Assembly: GCA_002009975.1 (NCBI GenBank)
Contig: MTLP01000025.1
Location: 1-62,735 of the forward strand
DNA: 62,735 nucleotides
Origin: Thermococcus sp. JdFR-02
Lineage (GTDB): Archaea; Methanobacteriota_B; Thermococci; Thermococcales; Thermococcaceae
Direction: 5' to 3'
Position 1 is the first letter of the stretch, and the number at the start of each line of letters is the position of its first letter. This document shows positions 1-11,924 of the stretch, in pieces. The notes beneath the pieces were generated by a model. It saw only the letters and a program-made list of their open reading frames with translations, was not told the origin of the DNA and did no database searches. The position numbers and the translations under genes were made by a program.

Positions 1-1041
1 CCAAACAAACATCCCACCCTCAGGCCTAGTCCACACAACACCACCAGGCATAAACTCCTCCAAACAATCAAGCATAACATCCCTCTTAGGCTTATAGAAC
101 TCAATTATCTTTGGAATATGCTTCTCCAAGAGTCCCTTCTCCATAAACTTCCAAGCAACTACTTGACCAAATGTGTTTGTACATAAGTCTATGCTTTGCT
201 TTGATATTTCGAGCTTTCTTATAAAGTGTGGCTCTCCTGCAATCCAGCCAAGTCTGAAGCCTGGAGCAAGTATCTTTGAGAATGTTCCTAGGTAAATAAC
301 TCTTCCCTCAACATCCCAGCGCTTTATTGGAGGAACTGGCTTTCCAGAATACCTAAGCTCTCCATAGGGGTCATCTTCAACGATAATGAAGTCATACTCA
401 CTCGCTAACTCTAAGAGCCTCTTTCTCCTCTCCTTTGTCATGGTGACTCCTGCTGGATTCTGGAATGTTGGAACTGTGTAGACTATCTTAGGCTTCTTTC
501 CTTGGGCTTTAAGCTCTTTGAGCTTCTCTTCAAGCAAATCCATTCTCATACCCTCGTCATCAAGAGGAATTTGTATAAACTTTGGCTCATAATATTTGAA
601 TGCTTGGAGCGCTGCTAAATAGGTTGGAGCTTCGACGATTATAATATCTCCAGGATCAATAAACGTTCTTCCAATTAAGTCTAAAGCCTGTTGTGAACCA
701 GAAACTATCATGATATCAACCTTTGAAATAGGAACATCATATCTCCTCCTTAACCACTCTGCAATCTCTACCCTCAGAGGTGTAAATCCTTTTGTTGTTC
801 CATATTGGAGAGCTTTATCGCCGTATTCCTCAAGGACTTCTTGTGTTATTTGGTTAATCTCCTCTTTTGGAAATGTTTCTGGATTGGGCAATCCACCAGC
901 CATGGAAATGACGTCTGAAGTCTCAACCAACTTTAAAAGTTCTCTAATTTCAGAAGCCTTCATGCGTAAAGCTTTCTCCGAAAAATAAACCTCATAATCT
1001 AAAGGTTTAGCCCCCAACTTTTTTTGCAATGCTTTCTCCAT
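1..1041 (-). CDS. PLP-dependent aminotransferase class I/II (multiple-substrate type), 3' end outside window
   Basis: Manual translation from ATG at 1041 after a GGAGG RBS: MEKALQKKLG...MKASEIRELLKLVETSDVISMAGGLPNPETFP...LQYGTTKG...PTFQNPAG...EDDPYG...GTFSKILAPGFRLGW. Not in the ORF track because it runs off the edge. Confidence 0.92.
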   Translation of the reverse strand, partial: MEKALQKKLGAKPLDYEVYFSEKALRMKASEIRELLKLVETSDVISMAGGLPNPETFPKEEINQITQEVLEEYGDKALQYGTTKGFTPLRVEIAEWLRRRYDVPISKVDIMIVSGSQQALDLIGRTFIDPGDIIIVEAPTYLAALQAFKYYEPKFIQIPLDDEGMRMDLLEEKLKELKAQGKKPKIVYTVPTFQNPAGVTMTKERRKRLLELASEYDFIIVEDDPYGELRYSGKPVPPIKRWDVEGRVIYLGTFSKILAPGFRLGWIAGEPHFIRKLEISKQSIDLCTNTFGQVVAWKFMEKGLLEKHIPKIIEFYKPKRDVMLDCLEEFMPGGVVWTRPEGGMFVW

Positions 1042-1319
1042 TTTATGACCTCCTAAGCTTTTTGAGTGTGCAATGCTGAACACATCACCGATTTTATACA
1101 TAGAAAACTTTGTAACAATTAAATATAAAGCTTTCGGCATTGGTCGTAATTGCCCTTTATCTTTGTAAAGAAAAATCTTGATAGTTTTTTAAGTACATCA
1201 AGGATAATTTGCGTACATCAATGTACACGTGATCATATGTGGTCACTAAAATCTTTAAAGGAGGAGATAGAGACTATTAAATTTAGCTGAGAAAGAAGAG
1301 CATATCGCTTGAAACTTGA

Positions 1320-2306
<987 letters not shown>

Positions 2307-2370
2307 TCCCTTCCACCATAGCTTTAAAAGCTCAACTCTTTTATATTTCCTTAGCAAAAATTAAAGAAGG

Positions 2371-3627
2371 GTGATGTTAATGAAAGCTTACATAAGTGAA
2401 AACGTTCAAGGCGTTTATGCCTTTGATGAGCAGGGAAATCTCATCGCTAAGAGAGAGTTTACTGAAAAGCCAGAAGTAGCTTTAGATAAGCTTTTGAATG
2501 GAGAGATAAATGGTGATCTAATCGAGCTTGTGAAAGAGGTAAGCTCAAAAGGCTATTCTCCACTCATATTTGAGCATCCAGAGATTAGCAAAAAAGTTAG
2601 AGAGCTGGGTTTTGAAACTGATTATGAGTTCCCAAATTTAGCTGGTGAAATACTTAGGGAAAAACCGGGAGAGTTTTTAGGAAAGGATTGGTATGCCCGC
2701 TATTTTGATGTTGGATTAGCCTTAACAAGGATGAGAATCCAAGAGCAAAGTGGTGCAAGAGATAAAATGGTAATGCAAGCAATTGAAGCGTTAGATGACA
2801 TTGATAAGGTTATCAACTTACTCGTTTCACGTTTAAGGGAGTGGTATACCCTTCACTTCCCAGAGCTTGATGAGATTTTACCAAAGCATCCACAGTTTGT
2901 AACTTTTGTCAAAGAGATAGGAAATAGAGAGAATGCAACTGCTGAAAAGCTAAAAGAGCTTAATCTCAGTGAAGAAAAAGCTAAGAAGATTCTAGCGGCA
3001 AAAGAAAAGACCATGGGTGCATGGATGGATGAGAGAGACTTAAGAGTGATTCAAGAGTTTGCTGCAGAGATAGATAAGCTATATAATCTGAGAAGAGAGA
3101 TTGAAGACTACATTGAGAAAGCAATGGATGATGTAGCGCCTAACTTGAAAGGATTGGTTGGCGCAAAGCTTGGAGCGAGATTAATAAGCCTAGCTGGTGG
3201 GTTGAAGGAGTTAGCAATGCTACCATCATCTACAATCCAAGTTCTTGGTGCGGAAAAAGCGTTATTTAGACACTTGAGGAGTGGTGCAAAGCCTCCAAAG
3301 CACGGTATAATCTATCAATACCCAGCGATCAACAAGTCTCCATGGTGGCAAAGAGGTAAGATTGCAAGAGCTTTGGCTGGTAAGTTAGCTATTGCAGCGA
3401 GAGTTGATTATTTCTCAGGTGAATATATAGCTGAAGAGCTTAAGAAAGAAATTGAAGCGAGAATTAAAGAGATCAAAGAGAAGTATCCAAATCCACCAAA
3501 GCGCAAGAGGGAAGAGAAAAGAAAGCCTAAGTGGAAAGGAAAAGAAAAGCGTAAGGAAAAGAAGAAAAAATTCAAGGGAAAGAAAAAAGGAAAAGGCAAA
3601 GGTGGAAAAGGTAGGGAGAGGAGGTGA
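2371..3627 (+). CDS. nop5: C/D box sRNP protein Nop5 (Nop56/58)
   Basis: RLREWY..HFPEL, QVLGAEKALFRHL, PPKHG motifs, Lys-rich tail, upstream of fibrillarin. Confidence 0.97.
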   Translation: MMLMKAYISENVQGVYAFDEQGNLIAKREFTEKPEVALDKLLNGEINGDLIELVKEVSSKGYSPLIFEHPEISKKVRELGFETDYEFPNLAGEILREKPGEFLGKDWYARYFDVGLALTRMRIQEQSGARDKMVMQAIEALDDIDKVINLLVSRLREWYTLHFPELDEILPKHPQFVTFVKEIGNRENATAEKLKELNLSEEKAKKILAAKEKTMGAWMDERDLRVIQEFAAEIDKLYNLRREIEDYIEKAMDDVAPNLKGLVGAKLGARLISLAGGLKELAMLPSSTIQVLGAEKALFRHLRSGAKPPKHGIIYQYPAINKSPWWQRGKIARALAGKLAIAARVDYFSGEYIAEELKKEIEARIKEIKEKYPNPPKRKREEKRKPKWKGKEKRKEKKKKFKGKKKGKGKGGKGRERR

Positions 3628-3632
3628 GTTGA

Positions 3633-4313
3633 ATGAAGATTAAGAAGCATAAATTCCCTGGCGTTTATGTTTTCGTTGATGAAGACGGAAGCGAGAAACT
3701 TGCAACTAAAAACTTAGTCCCCGGGCAAAAGGTTTACGGCGAGCGTATAATTAAGTGGGAAGGGAAGGAGTATAGGGTATGGAACCCAAGACGCTCAAAG
3801 CTTAGTGCTGCCATAATGAATGGATTAAAGAACTTCCCAATAAAACCCGGTAAAACAGTTCTCTATCTGGGAATTGCAAGTGGTACAACTGCTTCACATG
3901 TAAGCGACATAGTTGGCTGGGAAGGGAGGATTTATGGTATTGAGTTCTCACCAAGAGTTCTTAGAGAGCTAGTCCCAATAGTAGACGAAAGAAAGAATAT
4001 AATACCTATTCTTGGAGATGCTACAAAACCAGAGGAATACAGAGCATTAGTCACAAAGGTTGATGTTATATTTGAAGACGTTGCCCAACCAACGCAAGCA
4101 AAGATTTTAGTTGACAATGCAAAAGCGTTCCTTAAGAGTGGCGGTTATGGAATGATAGCAATCAAAAGCAGAAGTATAGATGTTACAAAAGAACCAGAAC
4201 AGGTTTTTAGGGAAGTTGAAAAGGAACTTGGAGAGTATTTTGAAATTGTTGAAAGAATTAGCTTAGAACCATATGAAAAAGACCATGCTTTGATTGTAGT
4301 AAGAAAGCCATAA
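3633..4313 (+). CDS. flpA: Fibrillarin-like rRNA/tRNA 2'-O-methyltransferase
   Basis: [35 protein letters not shown] motifs. Confidence 0.97.
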   Translation: MKIKKHKFPGVYVFVDEDGSEKLATKNLVPGQKVYGERIIKWEGKEYRVWNPRRSKLSAAIMNGLKNFPIKPGKTVLYLGIASGTTASHVSDIVGWEGRIYGIEFSPRVLRELVPIVDERKNIIPILGDATKPEEYRALVTKVDVIFEDVAQPTQAKILVDNAKAFLKSGGYGMIAIKSRSIDVTKEPEQVFREVEKELGEYFEIVERISLEPYEKDHALIVVRKP

Positions 4314-4387
4314 CTTTTCTATTTTTCTACAATTTTACCAACCCAAACTTTATTAATGTAAGAAGTGTAATATTTTTGGTGGAATAG

Positions 4388-5962
4388 ATGCGAAAGCACG
4401 TGATGGTGTTCCTTGTTTTTTTATTGCTCTCATCCACTCTAACATATGCTCAAGGAAACGTTATAAAGAAGGAATGGGAATACTCAGCGAGAATCTTTGT
4501 GTTAAACACCAAAATCTATGGAAATAATGTTGTAGTTGGAGAACTTAACAGAGCAGTCTTTATGGATCTTTCAGGAAAGGTTCTTTGGGATTACAGGGTT
4601 GATGGATATCTCATAAGCGTTGCTTTTAATGGAAACTACATTGCCCTTGGAACTTTGGTTGACTCTAACAATGATAGTGAACCGGATATTGGAAGGGTAA
4701 TTTTGCTAGATAACAAAGGAAATAAAATCTGGGAAAAAGATTTTGAGACGTTTATTGGTAGCTTAGCATTCCAAGGACAGAATTTAGTAATTGTAAGCGT
4801 TGAAGAGCTTGACATCTTCACGTTCTTTTATAAAAACACCAAAGTTTCCATGATTGACTTGAATGGAAATCTAATTTGGCAGAAAAAACTTGATGCTGAT
4901 GTCTTCTACGTCGCATCTTATGGAGAAAAAATAGCACTAGGAGGAATCAACACAATATATCTCCTAGATAAAGATGGGAATATCAGGTGGAAGAAGGGAA
5001 TTAAAGGAAACGTGGTTTCCTTAGCAATTAATGGAAAGTACATAGTAGTTGGAAGTGCCGTTGATGTTAATAATGATGGAGCACCAGACAAAGGCATGCT
5101 TTACTTTTTTGACATTGGAGGGGACTTAAAATGGCAAAAGAGCTATAACAATATGATACTCAACGTGGGCTTAACAGAAAGCTATGTACTAGCAAATTCT
5201 ATTGTTTTTAAAGGTGAATACGAGGGATACAGCACATTGGATTTCTATGATTACAATGGAAACCGCATTTGGAGGGATAAATTCAAATATCTAATTACAG
5301 CGTTAGATACCTACGATAATTACATTGTGACAGCAGATACGGGCAACAAAGTTCATCTATTCACTGTGGTTAGTGAGATTAAGATAATCAAGAACATTAC
5401 AAAGAAAGTGGAAAAGAAAGTTGTTGAAGGAACAGAAGTTAAAGGAGAAACTGCTTTTCAAAAAGTTGAAGTTAAAATTGGGAATGAAACTAAAGTTGGT
5501 TATAGAGTCAGTCACAGAGCAGAAATAGAGAAAGTAGGTGCCAAAGGTGTTATTTTTAGGATATTGGTTTACATTTCAAAATCAATTGCAAAAAGCACGG
5601 ATGAGCTTATTTTGCCTTTTGGAGTTATAGTATTGGAGAAAGATCCCTTAATTGCCCTAGATATAAAAGATCCTGAAGAGGGAGAGAACATTGAGGTAAA
5701 CTTCGTCGTACCTAAGGAACTTCCAGAATCTGAGGTGCTCCAAGGTGTGAAGATAGATTATGAAGTTGTCAAAGAAGAAACTAAGGAAGTTAAAGAAGAG
5801 GGTGCAACAGAAACTACAACCTCTGAATCTATTGAGACAAAAACCTCAACCACAACCACCCCAGAGACCGAAGAAAAACCCTTTGATATAAGAATTGTAG
5901 GAGCCATTGGAGCAGTTGTGCTTTTAATACTCCTGCTTTCCCTAAGGGGAAGGAAAAAATGA
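4388..5962 (+). CDS. Secreted PQQ/WD-like beta-propeller protein with Thr/Glu-rich linker and C-terminal TM anchor
   Basis: Signal peptide; repeated D.xG..xW blades; two DxNNDxxPD loops; C-terminal hydrophobic helix followed by RGRKK. Confidence 0.75.
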   Translation: MRKHVMVFLVFLLLSSTLTYAQGNVIKKEWEYSARIFVLNTKIYGNNVVVGELNRAVFMDLSGKVLWDYRVDGYLISVAFNGNYIALGTLVDSNNDSEPDIGRVILLDNKGNKIWEKDFETFIGSLAFQGQNLVIVSVEELDIFTFFYKNTKVSMIDLNGNLIWQKKLDADVFYVASYGEKIALGGINTIYLLDKDGNIRWKKGIKGNVVSLAINGKYIVVGSAVDVNNDGAPDKGMLYFFDIGGDLKWQKSYNNMILNVGLTESYVLANSIVFKGEYEGYSTLDFYDYNGNRIWRDKFKYLITALDTYDNYIVTADTGNKVHLFTVVSEIKIIKNITKKVEKKVVEGTEVKGETAFQKVEVKIGNETKVGYRVSHRAEIEKVGAKGVIFRILVYISKSIAKSTDELILPFGVIVLEKDPLIALDIKDPEEGENIEVNFVVPKELPESEVLQGVKIDYEVVKEETKEVKEEGATETTTSESIETKTSTTTTPETEEKPFDIRIVGAIGAVVLLILLLSLRGRKK

Positions 5963-7896
5963 AACTAAAATCCTATCTCTCCTATCTTTTCATTATTTTT
6001 GTGTTTGGGGTCCAGTTTTTTGATTTTACAATGGATCTACTTGATGCTTTCCAAATCGAAGTTGGGATTTATACCCTTGACACCCTTGCATTGGTAGTGA
6101 GCATGTTCCTAACATTTCTGCTCTTTGACGACTTTCTAAAAGAGGAGTATCGCCTAGATTCAACGAGCGTTTATATAATAATCGGAATATTTGTGCTCTC
6201 AAATGTAAATATTCTGCTAAAGTTTTTGCTTCCAGAGAAAGTTCTCTATACCTATAGAAACTATTTGAACTTAATTCCAATCTTTCTGATATTCTTAGTT
6301 CTGCCTCTTTACATCTATATTAAATACAAAAATATAAAGAAACCCTTACTTTTGGTAATATTCAGCGTAATTGCCGTTTATCCGATTTCCCAGCTTTATA
6401 CTTTTGTTGTAGATAAATTCGTTGCCCTCATGGCAACTTTTTATCTTCTCTATGCCCTCTTTGAATCTCTTAAAGACTATAAAATTAGCCTAGAAGAACT
6501 TGGTGAGCACTTATTTGACTTCGATGAAACGCTTATTAGGAGTTATATCCTAAAACCCTCCAAAAATGCGGATAAGGTAATGTTCTACTTTTACTTCTTG
6601 CTTTTGTTTTATTTCATCTCAGACTTTGCATTGTTTATAATACCTTCAGTAACAGGCTTTTGGACAGCTTCTGAGTATTTGAAATATATGGGAATTCACG
6701 TTCAACAAGTTTTTCTTTCCCCTTTACAGCTCATAAGCGTGTTCAGTCTTTTGATTATTGTTGTATACCCCATAATGGAGCTTGAATTTCCAAAGATAAA
6801 GGAAAAAAAGGAGATACTGATTGTTCTATATCTTCTGTTGCTAGGCTTTCTCCTAAAGCCTTCAATTTACTTTCAGCCAATACTCTTCTCAAAAGAAGCC
6901 TATGGGGTCATATTGGGAATTTTCTCATATAAATCACAGCCCATGCTAAGTTTAGTAGCAATTGCACTTGTTGGAGCATTATCTATCTTTTTGCTGTTCC
7001 CAAAGGTTAAGAAGAATGCCTTACAAATGATACTTAAAACTGGAGGCACATCCATATTATTGACGTATTCAGCGCTTTATTCCTTCTCCCTCTATGTGAG
7101 CATAAGAAGATACTACATCAATTCAATATACCTCCTAATTGTAGGAGGCTTGCTACTATTCTTTATTTTTTCCACAATTTACCTTGCCTACTCTTTGGCA
7201 AGAGACTTTTCAGAAGCATCCTGGGGAGAGTTGGTATCCCTTCTATATATGAGCATAATTCTACTTTCCTATGTTCCTTCTGCATACACATTACCCTTCT
7301 TTATTCTTTCAGCAATAGTAAGCTCTTTGAGCTATGTGCTAAGAAGAGAACCAAAGATGATACCTCTCATAATTTTAATCTCGTATCTTGTATCTCTCAA
7401 ATACTTTGAAAACTATATTCCCTTTGTGCTCATATTTCTTTGGGCATATGCAGTTGCAACCGAATTCAAAAGAAAACCTTCTCTAAACCTAAGTCCTCTC
7501 TATATAACAGGACTCTCAGTCCTTATTGTAATTCTCTACACCTTCCTCGGCTATTACATTGGAGAGGTAATTCCAGTGGAGCTTAGTTTATTAGGCATGG
7601 TTTACCTCCTAGGTCTCAGTGGAGCTGAGGAGATAGTTTTCAAAAGAATAATCTATGATAACTTAGATTTCAGATATTCTCTTTTCCTTGTTTCTCTGCT
7701 CTTTACTTTTACACATCTACTAAGTCCGGTCGTCTTTTACCACTATCTCCATGCTGGTGTTCTCTTAATATATCTCTTTTATCTGTTCACGTATCAATAT
7801 CTAACCCTCCTGCTTTACAGAGAATCAAGATTCCTTGAACTGCTCATAGTAGTGCATTTCCTAATAAACCTTGGAGTTCTTCTATTGACAACCTAA
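5959..7896 (+). CDS. Polytopic membrane protein with C-terminal CPBP (CAAX/Abi) intramembrane glutamic protease domain
   Basis: Many TM helices; EEIVFKR, FTFTH and HFLIN match the EExxxR / FxxxH / HxxxN motifs. ATGA overlap with the upstream gene. Confidence 0.75.
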   Translation: MKLKSYLSYLFIIFVFGVQFFDFTMDLLDAFQIEVGIYTLDTLALVVSMFLTFLLFDDFLKEEYRLDSTSVYIIIGIFVLSNVNILLKFLLPEKVLYTYRNYLNLIPIFLIFLVLPLYIYIKYKNIKKPLLLVIFSVIAVYPISQLYTFVVDKFVALMATFYLLYALFESLKDYKISLEELGEHLFDFDETLIRSYILKPSKNADKVMFYFYFLLLFYFISDFALFIIPSVTGFWTASEYLKYMGIHVQQVFLSPLQLISVFSLLIIVVYPIMELEFPKIKEKKEILIVLYLLLLGFLLKPSIYFQPILFSKEAYGVILGIFSYKSQPMLSLVAIALVGALSIFLLFPKVKKNALQMILKTGGTSILLTYSALYSFSLYVSIRRYYINSIYLLIVGGLLLFFIFSTIYLAYSLARDFSEASWGELVSLLYMSIILLSYVPSAYTLPFFILSAIVSSLSYVLRREPKMIPLIILISYLVSLKYFENYIPFVLIFLWAYAVATEFKRKPSLNLSPLYITGLSVLIVILYTFLGYYIGEVIPVELSLLGMVYLLGLSGAEEIVFKRIIYDNLDFRYSLFLVSLLFTFTHLLSPVVFYHYLHAGVLLIYLFYLFTYQYLTLLLYRESRFLELLIVVHFLINLGVLLLTT

Positions 7897-7993
7897 GCAC
7901 ATACTCGCTTTCTTAAGCAACTTTAGAGTGTAAAACTAAAAGTTAAGAAATTACTTTTATATTCAAAAAATAATTTAGAGATGGTGATCCCAC

Positions 7994-8410
7994 ATGCCAA
8001 CTATAAAAGTTTCCGTTTCTGGTGAAAGCCTTTCTCCAAAGAGAATGATAGTCAAAGGAAGGAAGTTTGAATACGTAGTTGACAAAGACGAATCAAGCCC
8101 GTTAGAATACATCTTAGCGGCTTTAGCAGGGTGTATAAACATAGTTGGATTTTTAGTTGCAAAAGAAATGGAAATCAACATAGAAAAGATATTTGTTGAG
8201 ATTAGCGGAAAACTTAATACAGACAAACTAATGGGTAAAAACACTGAAGAAAGAGCGGGATATAAGGAAATTGAAGTTAAAGTAAGGGTTCAAGGCGATG
8301 TTGAAGAGGAAAAACTTGAAGAATGGCTCAAACAAGTTGAAGAAAGATGTCCAATCGGAGATAACATAATGAATGAAACTCCAGTCAAAGTTTCCGTTGA
8401 AAAAGCTTAA
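7994..8410 (+). CDS. OsmC family protein
   Basis: SPLEYILAALAGC ... EERCPI two-Cys pattern. Confidence 0.9.
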   Translation: MPTIKVSVSGESLSPKRMIVKGRKFEYVVDKDESSPLEYILAALAGCINIVGFLVAKEMEINIEKIFVEISGKLNTDKLMGKNTEERAGYKEIEVKVRVQGDVEEEKLEEWLKQVEERCPIGDNIMNETPVKVSVEKA

Positions 8411-8821
8411 CTATTTCTCTATTTTTGGTATTTTCTTTCCATGCGGACAAACCTCAGGGTTATTTAAAATCTTGCAAAGCCTTAAGATGAATTCCTCGCT
8501 TGTTGCATGCTCAAGCCTGCAGGCTTCAAGATGAATTTTGTTCAAATCCTCATAACCCAAAATATCCCTTAAAAAGCATTCGATTATGCGGTGCTTCCAT
8601 ATCAGCTTTTCTGCCAATTTTAAACCTTTATCAGTTAGCTTTACTTCAGAATAAGGCTTGTAATCGATTAGCCTGTTTTTGCTTAATTTTTGGAGCATTT
8701 CGGTTACTGTTGCTGGAGAAACCCCAAGATACTGTGCAATAAGGGAGTTCCTAACCCTAGCTCCATTTTCCTGAAGAATGTAAATGCACTTCAAGTAGTC
8801 TTCAGCTTGAGTACTAATCAT
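8411..8821 (-). CDS. DtxR/MntR family metal-dependent regulator
   Basis: EDYLKCIY, VSPATVTEML, KHRIIECFL, EACRLEH, CPHGKKIP. Confidence 0.93.
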   Translation of the reverse strand: MISTQAEDYLKCIYILQENGARVRNSLIAQYLGVSPATVTEMLQKLSKNRLIDYKPYSEVKLTDKGLKLAEKLIWKHRIIECFLRDILGYEDLNKIHLEACRLEHATSEEFILRLCKILNNPEVCPHGKKIPKIEK

Positions 8822-8869
8822 TTAGGGACACCTAAAAGTAAAATAGAAAAAGAGCTTTTAAAATTTAAC

Positions 8870-9553
8870 CTACTCTTTCCTTGTTGGCAAATAGGGCAAT
8901 ATCCAACTGATAAAGCTGTCTAAACTTCTTGTTTGTATATATAGAGTCCCAGTTCCATAAAACTCTGCAATTAATCCTTCTCCACTAAATAGTGTGCTTT
9001 TTAATCCACCAACACGCTTTACTTTGAAATCTAATCCCTCAGTAAATGCAACCAAGTGACCAGTATCGATTATAAATTTTTCATTGTAAAGCTCTTTCTT
9101 GTAGATCGCTCCAAAACTTGAAAGGAACACTAACCCTCTACCAGTCATTTTGAGTAGGAAAAGTCCCTCTCTTGCAAAGAAAGTCTTTGCACCGCCCCAC
9201 TTTGTGTCAATATTTATGTTCTCTGAAGAAGCTAAAAATGCCCCACTTTGAGCATATAATGTTCCATTCAGCTCGAAAACTTCAATATCTCCAGGATAAG
9301 ATGGTGCTAATCCAATAGTTCCATCTCCCCCTTCTGCTCTAAATGTGTTAATAAAAAAGCTTTCTCCTGCTAAGATGGAGCGCTTTAAGGCTCCAAAAAT
9401 TCCGCCTTTAGCTTTGGTCTCTATCTTAATGGTTGGACTCATATGTACCATCGCACCGCTTTCAGCTTGTATTGCTTCTCCGCTCTCAAGCTCTATCTCA
9501 ACCAAACTAAAACTAGGTCTATGATTTATTTCATACCTCAAGATTACCACCAA
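8870..9553 (-). CDS. AIM24/TIGR00266 family protein
   Basis: AESGAMV, GESFFIN, IDTGHLVAF, GEGL...QTRS. Confidence 0.88.
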   Translation of the reverse strand: MVVILRYEINHRPSFSLVEIELESGEAIQAESGAMVHMSPTIKIETKAKGGIFGALKRSILAGESFFINTFRAEGGDGTIGLAPSYPGDIEVFELNGTLYAQSGAFLASSENINIDTKWGGAKTFFAREGLFLLKMTGRGLVFLSSFGAIYKKELYNEKFIIDTGHLVAFTEGLDFKVKRVGGLKSTLFSGEGLIAEFYGTGTLYIQTRSLDSFISWILPYLPTRKE

Positions 9554-9706
9554 AATTAATTACTGTCTTTCTTAGTATAAACATTTATGTGTCGACAAAC
9601 GACGAATAACCCTTTCCTTTTTACCGAAAGCCTTTTATAATGCTCTACCCTTTATTTGAAAGAGCTTTTTGAAATTTGCTCTTATTACTTAAAAAGGTGA
9701 TGCAAG

Positions 9707-10759
9707 ATGAAAAGACTGCTAAAACCAATAAAGGATGTCGGCATTGTTGGCTATGGTGCTTACATTCCAATGTACCGTATAAAAGATGAAGAAATTGGAA
9801 GGGTATGGGGAGCTAATGGATTCCCAATTCAAGAAAAATCTGTTCCCGGAATTGATGAAGATGCCGCTACAATAGCTATAGAAGCTGCAAGAAATGCCCT
9901 AAAAAGGGCTAAAATAAATCCCCAAGAGATTAGGGCTATTTGGACTGGAACTGAAAGTAAGCCCTATGCTGTTAAGCCTACCTCAACAATTGTCGCCCAA
10001 GCAATTGGTGCAACTCCTGATTTAGATGCAGCTGATTTTGAGTTTGCATGTAAAGCTGGAACTGAGGCTGTTCAAACAGCAATAGGTTTTGTTGGTTCTA
10101 GAATGGCAAAGTATGCTATGGCAATTGGTGTTGATACCGCTCAAGGAAGACCTGGTGATCATTTAGAATTTACAGCTGCTGCTGGTGGAGCCGCTTACAT
10201 TATAGGCGAGAAAAGTGATGAAACGGTTGCTTATTTTGAGGGAAGCTATTCCTATGTAACAGATACCCCTGACTTTTGGAGAAGACAACACGAGCATTAT
10301 CCAAGACATGGTAATAGATTTACCGGAGAACCAGCATATTTCCGTCATGTGATTAACGCAGCAAAAGGTTTGATGGAAGAATTGGGATATACTCCAAATG
10401 ATTTTGACTATGCTGTATTTCATCAACCAAACGTAAAGTTCCCGCTAACAGCGGCAAAGATTTTAGGATTCCCCATGGAAAAAGTCAAACCCGGTCTTCT
10501 AAGTGGAATTATTGGAAACACATATGCTGGAGCAACCTTGGTAGGAATTAGTGCTGTTTTGGATATTGCAAAGCCTGGTGAGAGAATATTATGGGTGAGC
10601 TTTGGAAGCGGTGCTGGAAGTGATGCCTTTAGCATAGTTGTGCAAGATGCAATCGAAGAAAAGAGGGATTTAGCGCCAAAGACTTGGGACTACATAAACA
10701 GGAAGAAGTACATAGACTATGCTCTATACGCAAAGCACAGAAGAAAATACATAATTTGA
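9707..10759 (+). CDS. Hydroxymethylglutaryl-CoA synthase (archaeal)
   Basis: [37 protein letters not shown]; clustered with thiolase and DUF35. Confidence 0.95.
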   Translation: MKRLLKPIKDVGIVGYGAYIPMYRIKDEEIGRVWGANGFPIQEKSVPGIDEDAATIAIEAARNALKRAKINPQEIRAIWTGTESKPYAVKPTSTIVAQAIGATPDLDAADFEFACKAGTEAVQTAIGFVGSRMAKYAMAIGVDTAQGRPGDHLEFTAAAGGAAYIIGEKSDETVAYFEGSYSYVTDTPDFWRRQHEHYPRHGNRFTGEPAYFRHVINAAKGLMEELGYTPNDFDYAVFHQPNVKFPLTAAKILGFPMEKVKPGLLSGIIGNTYAGATLVGISAVLDIAKPGERILWVSFGSGAGSDAFSIVVQDAIEEKRDLAPKTWDYINRKKYIDYALYAKHRRKYII

Positions 10760-10769
10760 GGTGATTAGA

Positions 10770-11924
10770 ATGAGGAAAGTAGCAATTATTGGTGTTGGTG
10801 CAATTCCTGTTGGAGAACATTGGGGAACAAGCCTAAGGGATATGGCTGTAGAAGCTTTGTTAAACGCTATGGATGATGCAGGTGTTGATAAAGTTGATTC
10901 ACTTTACGTTGGCAATATGGCTTCAGGATCTTTTGTTGAACAAGAAAACTTGGGAACTTTAATAGCTGATTTTGCTGGCTTGGGGCATATACCAGCGGTT
11001 AAAATCGAAGCAGCATGTGCTAGTGGTGGTGCTGCGGTTCAAGAAGGATTTAAAGCAGTGGCTAGTGGTTTAGATGACATTGTAGCAGTTGTTGGTGTTG
11101 AGAAGATGACCGATGCTTGGCCAACTGACGCGACAAGATACTTAGCTTATGCATCCGATGCTGAATATGAACTCTTTAATGGAGCAAGCTTTGTAGCTTT
11201 AAACGCTTTAGTAATGAGGCTTTATATGAAAGAGTTTGGGGCAACAGAAGAAGATTTTGCTCACTTTGCTGTAAATGCTCATAAAAACGGTGCAAATAAC
11301 CCATATGCAATGTTTAAGAAAGTGATTAAAGTGGAGACTGCACTGAGGAGTCCTTACATAGCCGACCCACTAAAGCTCTTCGATGCATCATCAGTGTGTG
11401 ATGGTGCTGCAGCAGTAATTTTAGCACCCTTAGACAAAGCTAAAGAGTTCACAGACACTCCAATTGAAATAGCTGGAATTGGAAGAGCCGTTGACACGAT
11501 AAACCTTGCAAATAGAAGAGAGCTTTTAAGATTAAGAGCAACAATTGAGGCTTCAAGAAGAGCTTACAAGATGGCTGGAGTTGAGCCAAAAGATATTGAC
11601 GTTATTGAAGTCCACGATGCATTTACCATCATGGCAGCAATGGCTTTGGAAGACTTGGGCTTTGTTCCAAAGGGACAAGGTGCGAAAGTTGCAAGCGAGG
11701 GGCAAATAGCAGTTGATGGTGATTATCCAATCCAAACGATGGGTGGATTAAAAGCAAGGGGTCATCCAGTTGGAGCTACAGGTGTTTATCAAACCGTTGA
11801 AGCAGTATGGCAATTGAGAATAGATGCAGGGAAAAACCAAGTGCCTGACCCAGAAATTGCCTTAACTCAAAATATAGGTGGGACTGGATCTAATATCACG
11901 GTCAATATTTTAAGGAGGGTTTGA
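10770..11924 (+). CDS. Acetoacetyl-CoA thiolase
   Basis: EAACASG, DGAAA, EVHDAF, GGLKARGHPVGATG. Confidence 0.95.
   Translation: MRKVAIIGVGAIPVGEHWGTSLRDMAVEALLNAMDDAGVDKVDSLYVGNMASGSFVEQENLGTLIADFAGLGHIPAVKIEAACASGGAAVQEGFKAVASGLDDIVAVVGVEKMTDAWPTDATRYLAYASDAEYELFNGASFVALNALVMRLYMKEFGATEEDFAHFAVNAHKNGANNPYAMFKKVIKVETALRSPYIADPLKLFDASSVCDGAAAVILAPLDKAKEFTDTPIEIAGIGRAVDTINLANRRELLRLRATIEASRRAYKMAGVEPKDIDVIEVHDAFTIMAAMALEDLGFVPKGQGAKVASEGQIAVDGDYPIQTMGGLKARGHPVGATGVYQTVEAVWQLRIDAGKNQVPDPEIALTQNIGGTGSNITVNILRRV

Noticed and set aside
3490-3627. Purine-rich low-complexity repeat
   Set aside because: Encodes the normal Lys-rich tail of Nop5.
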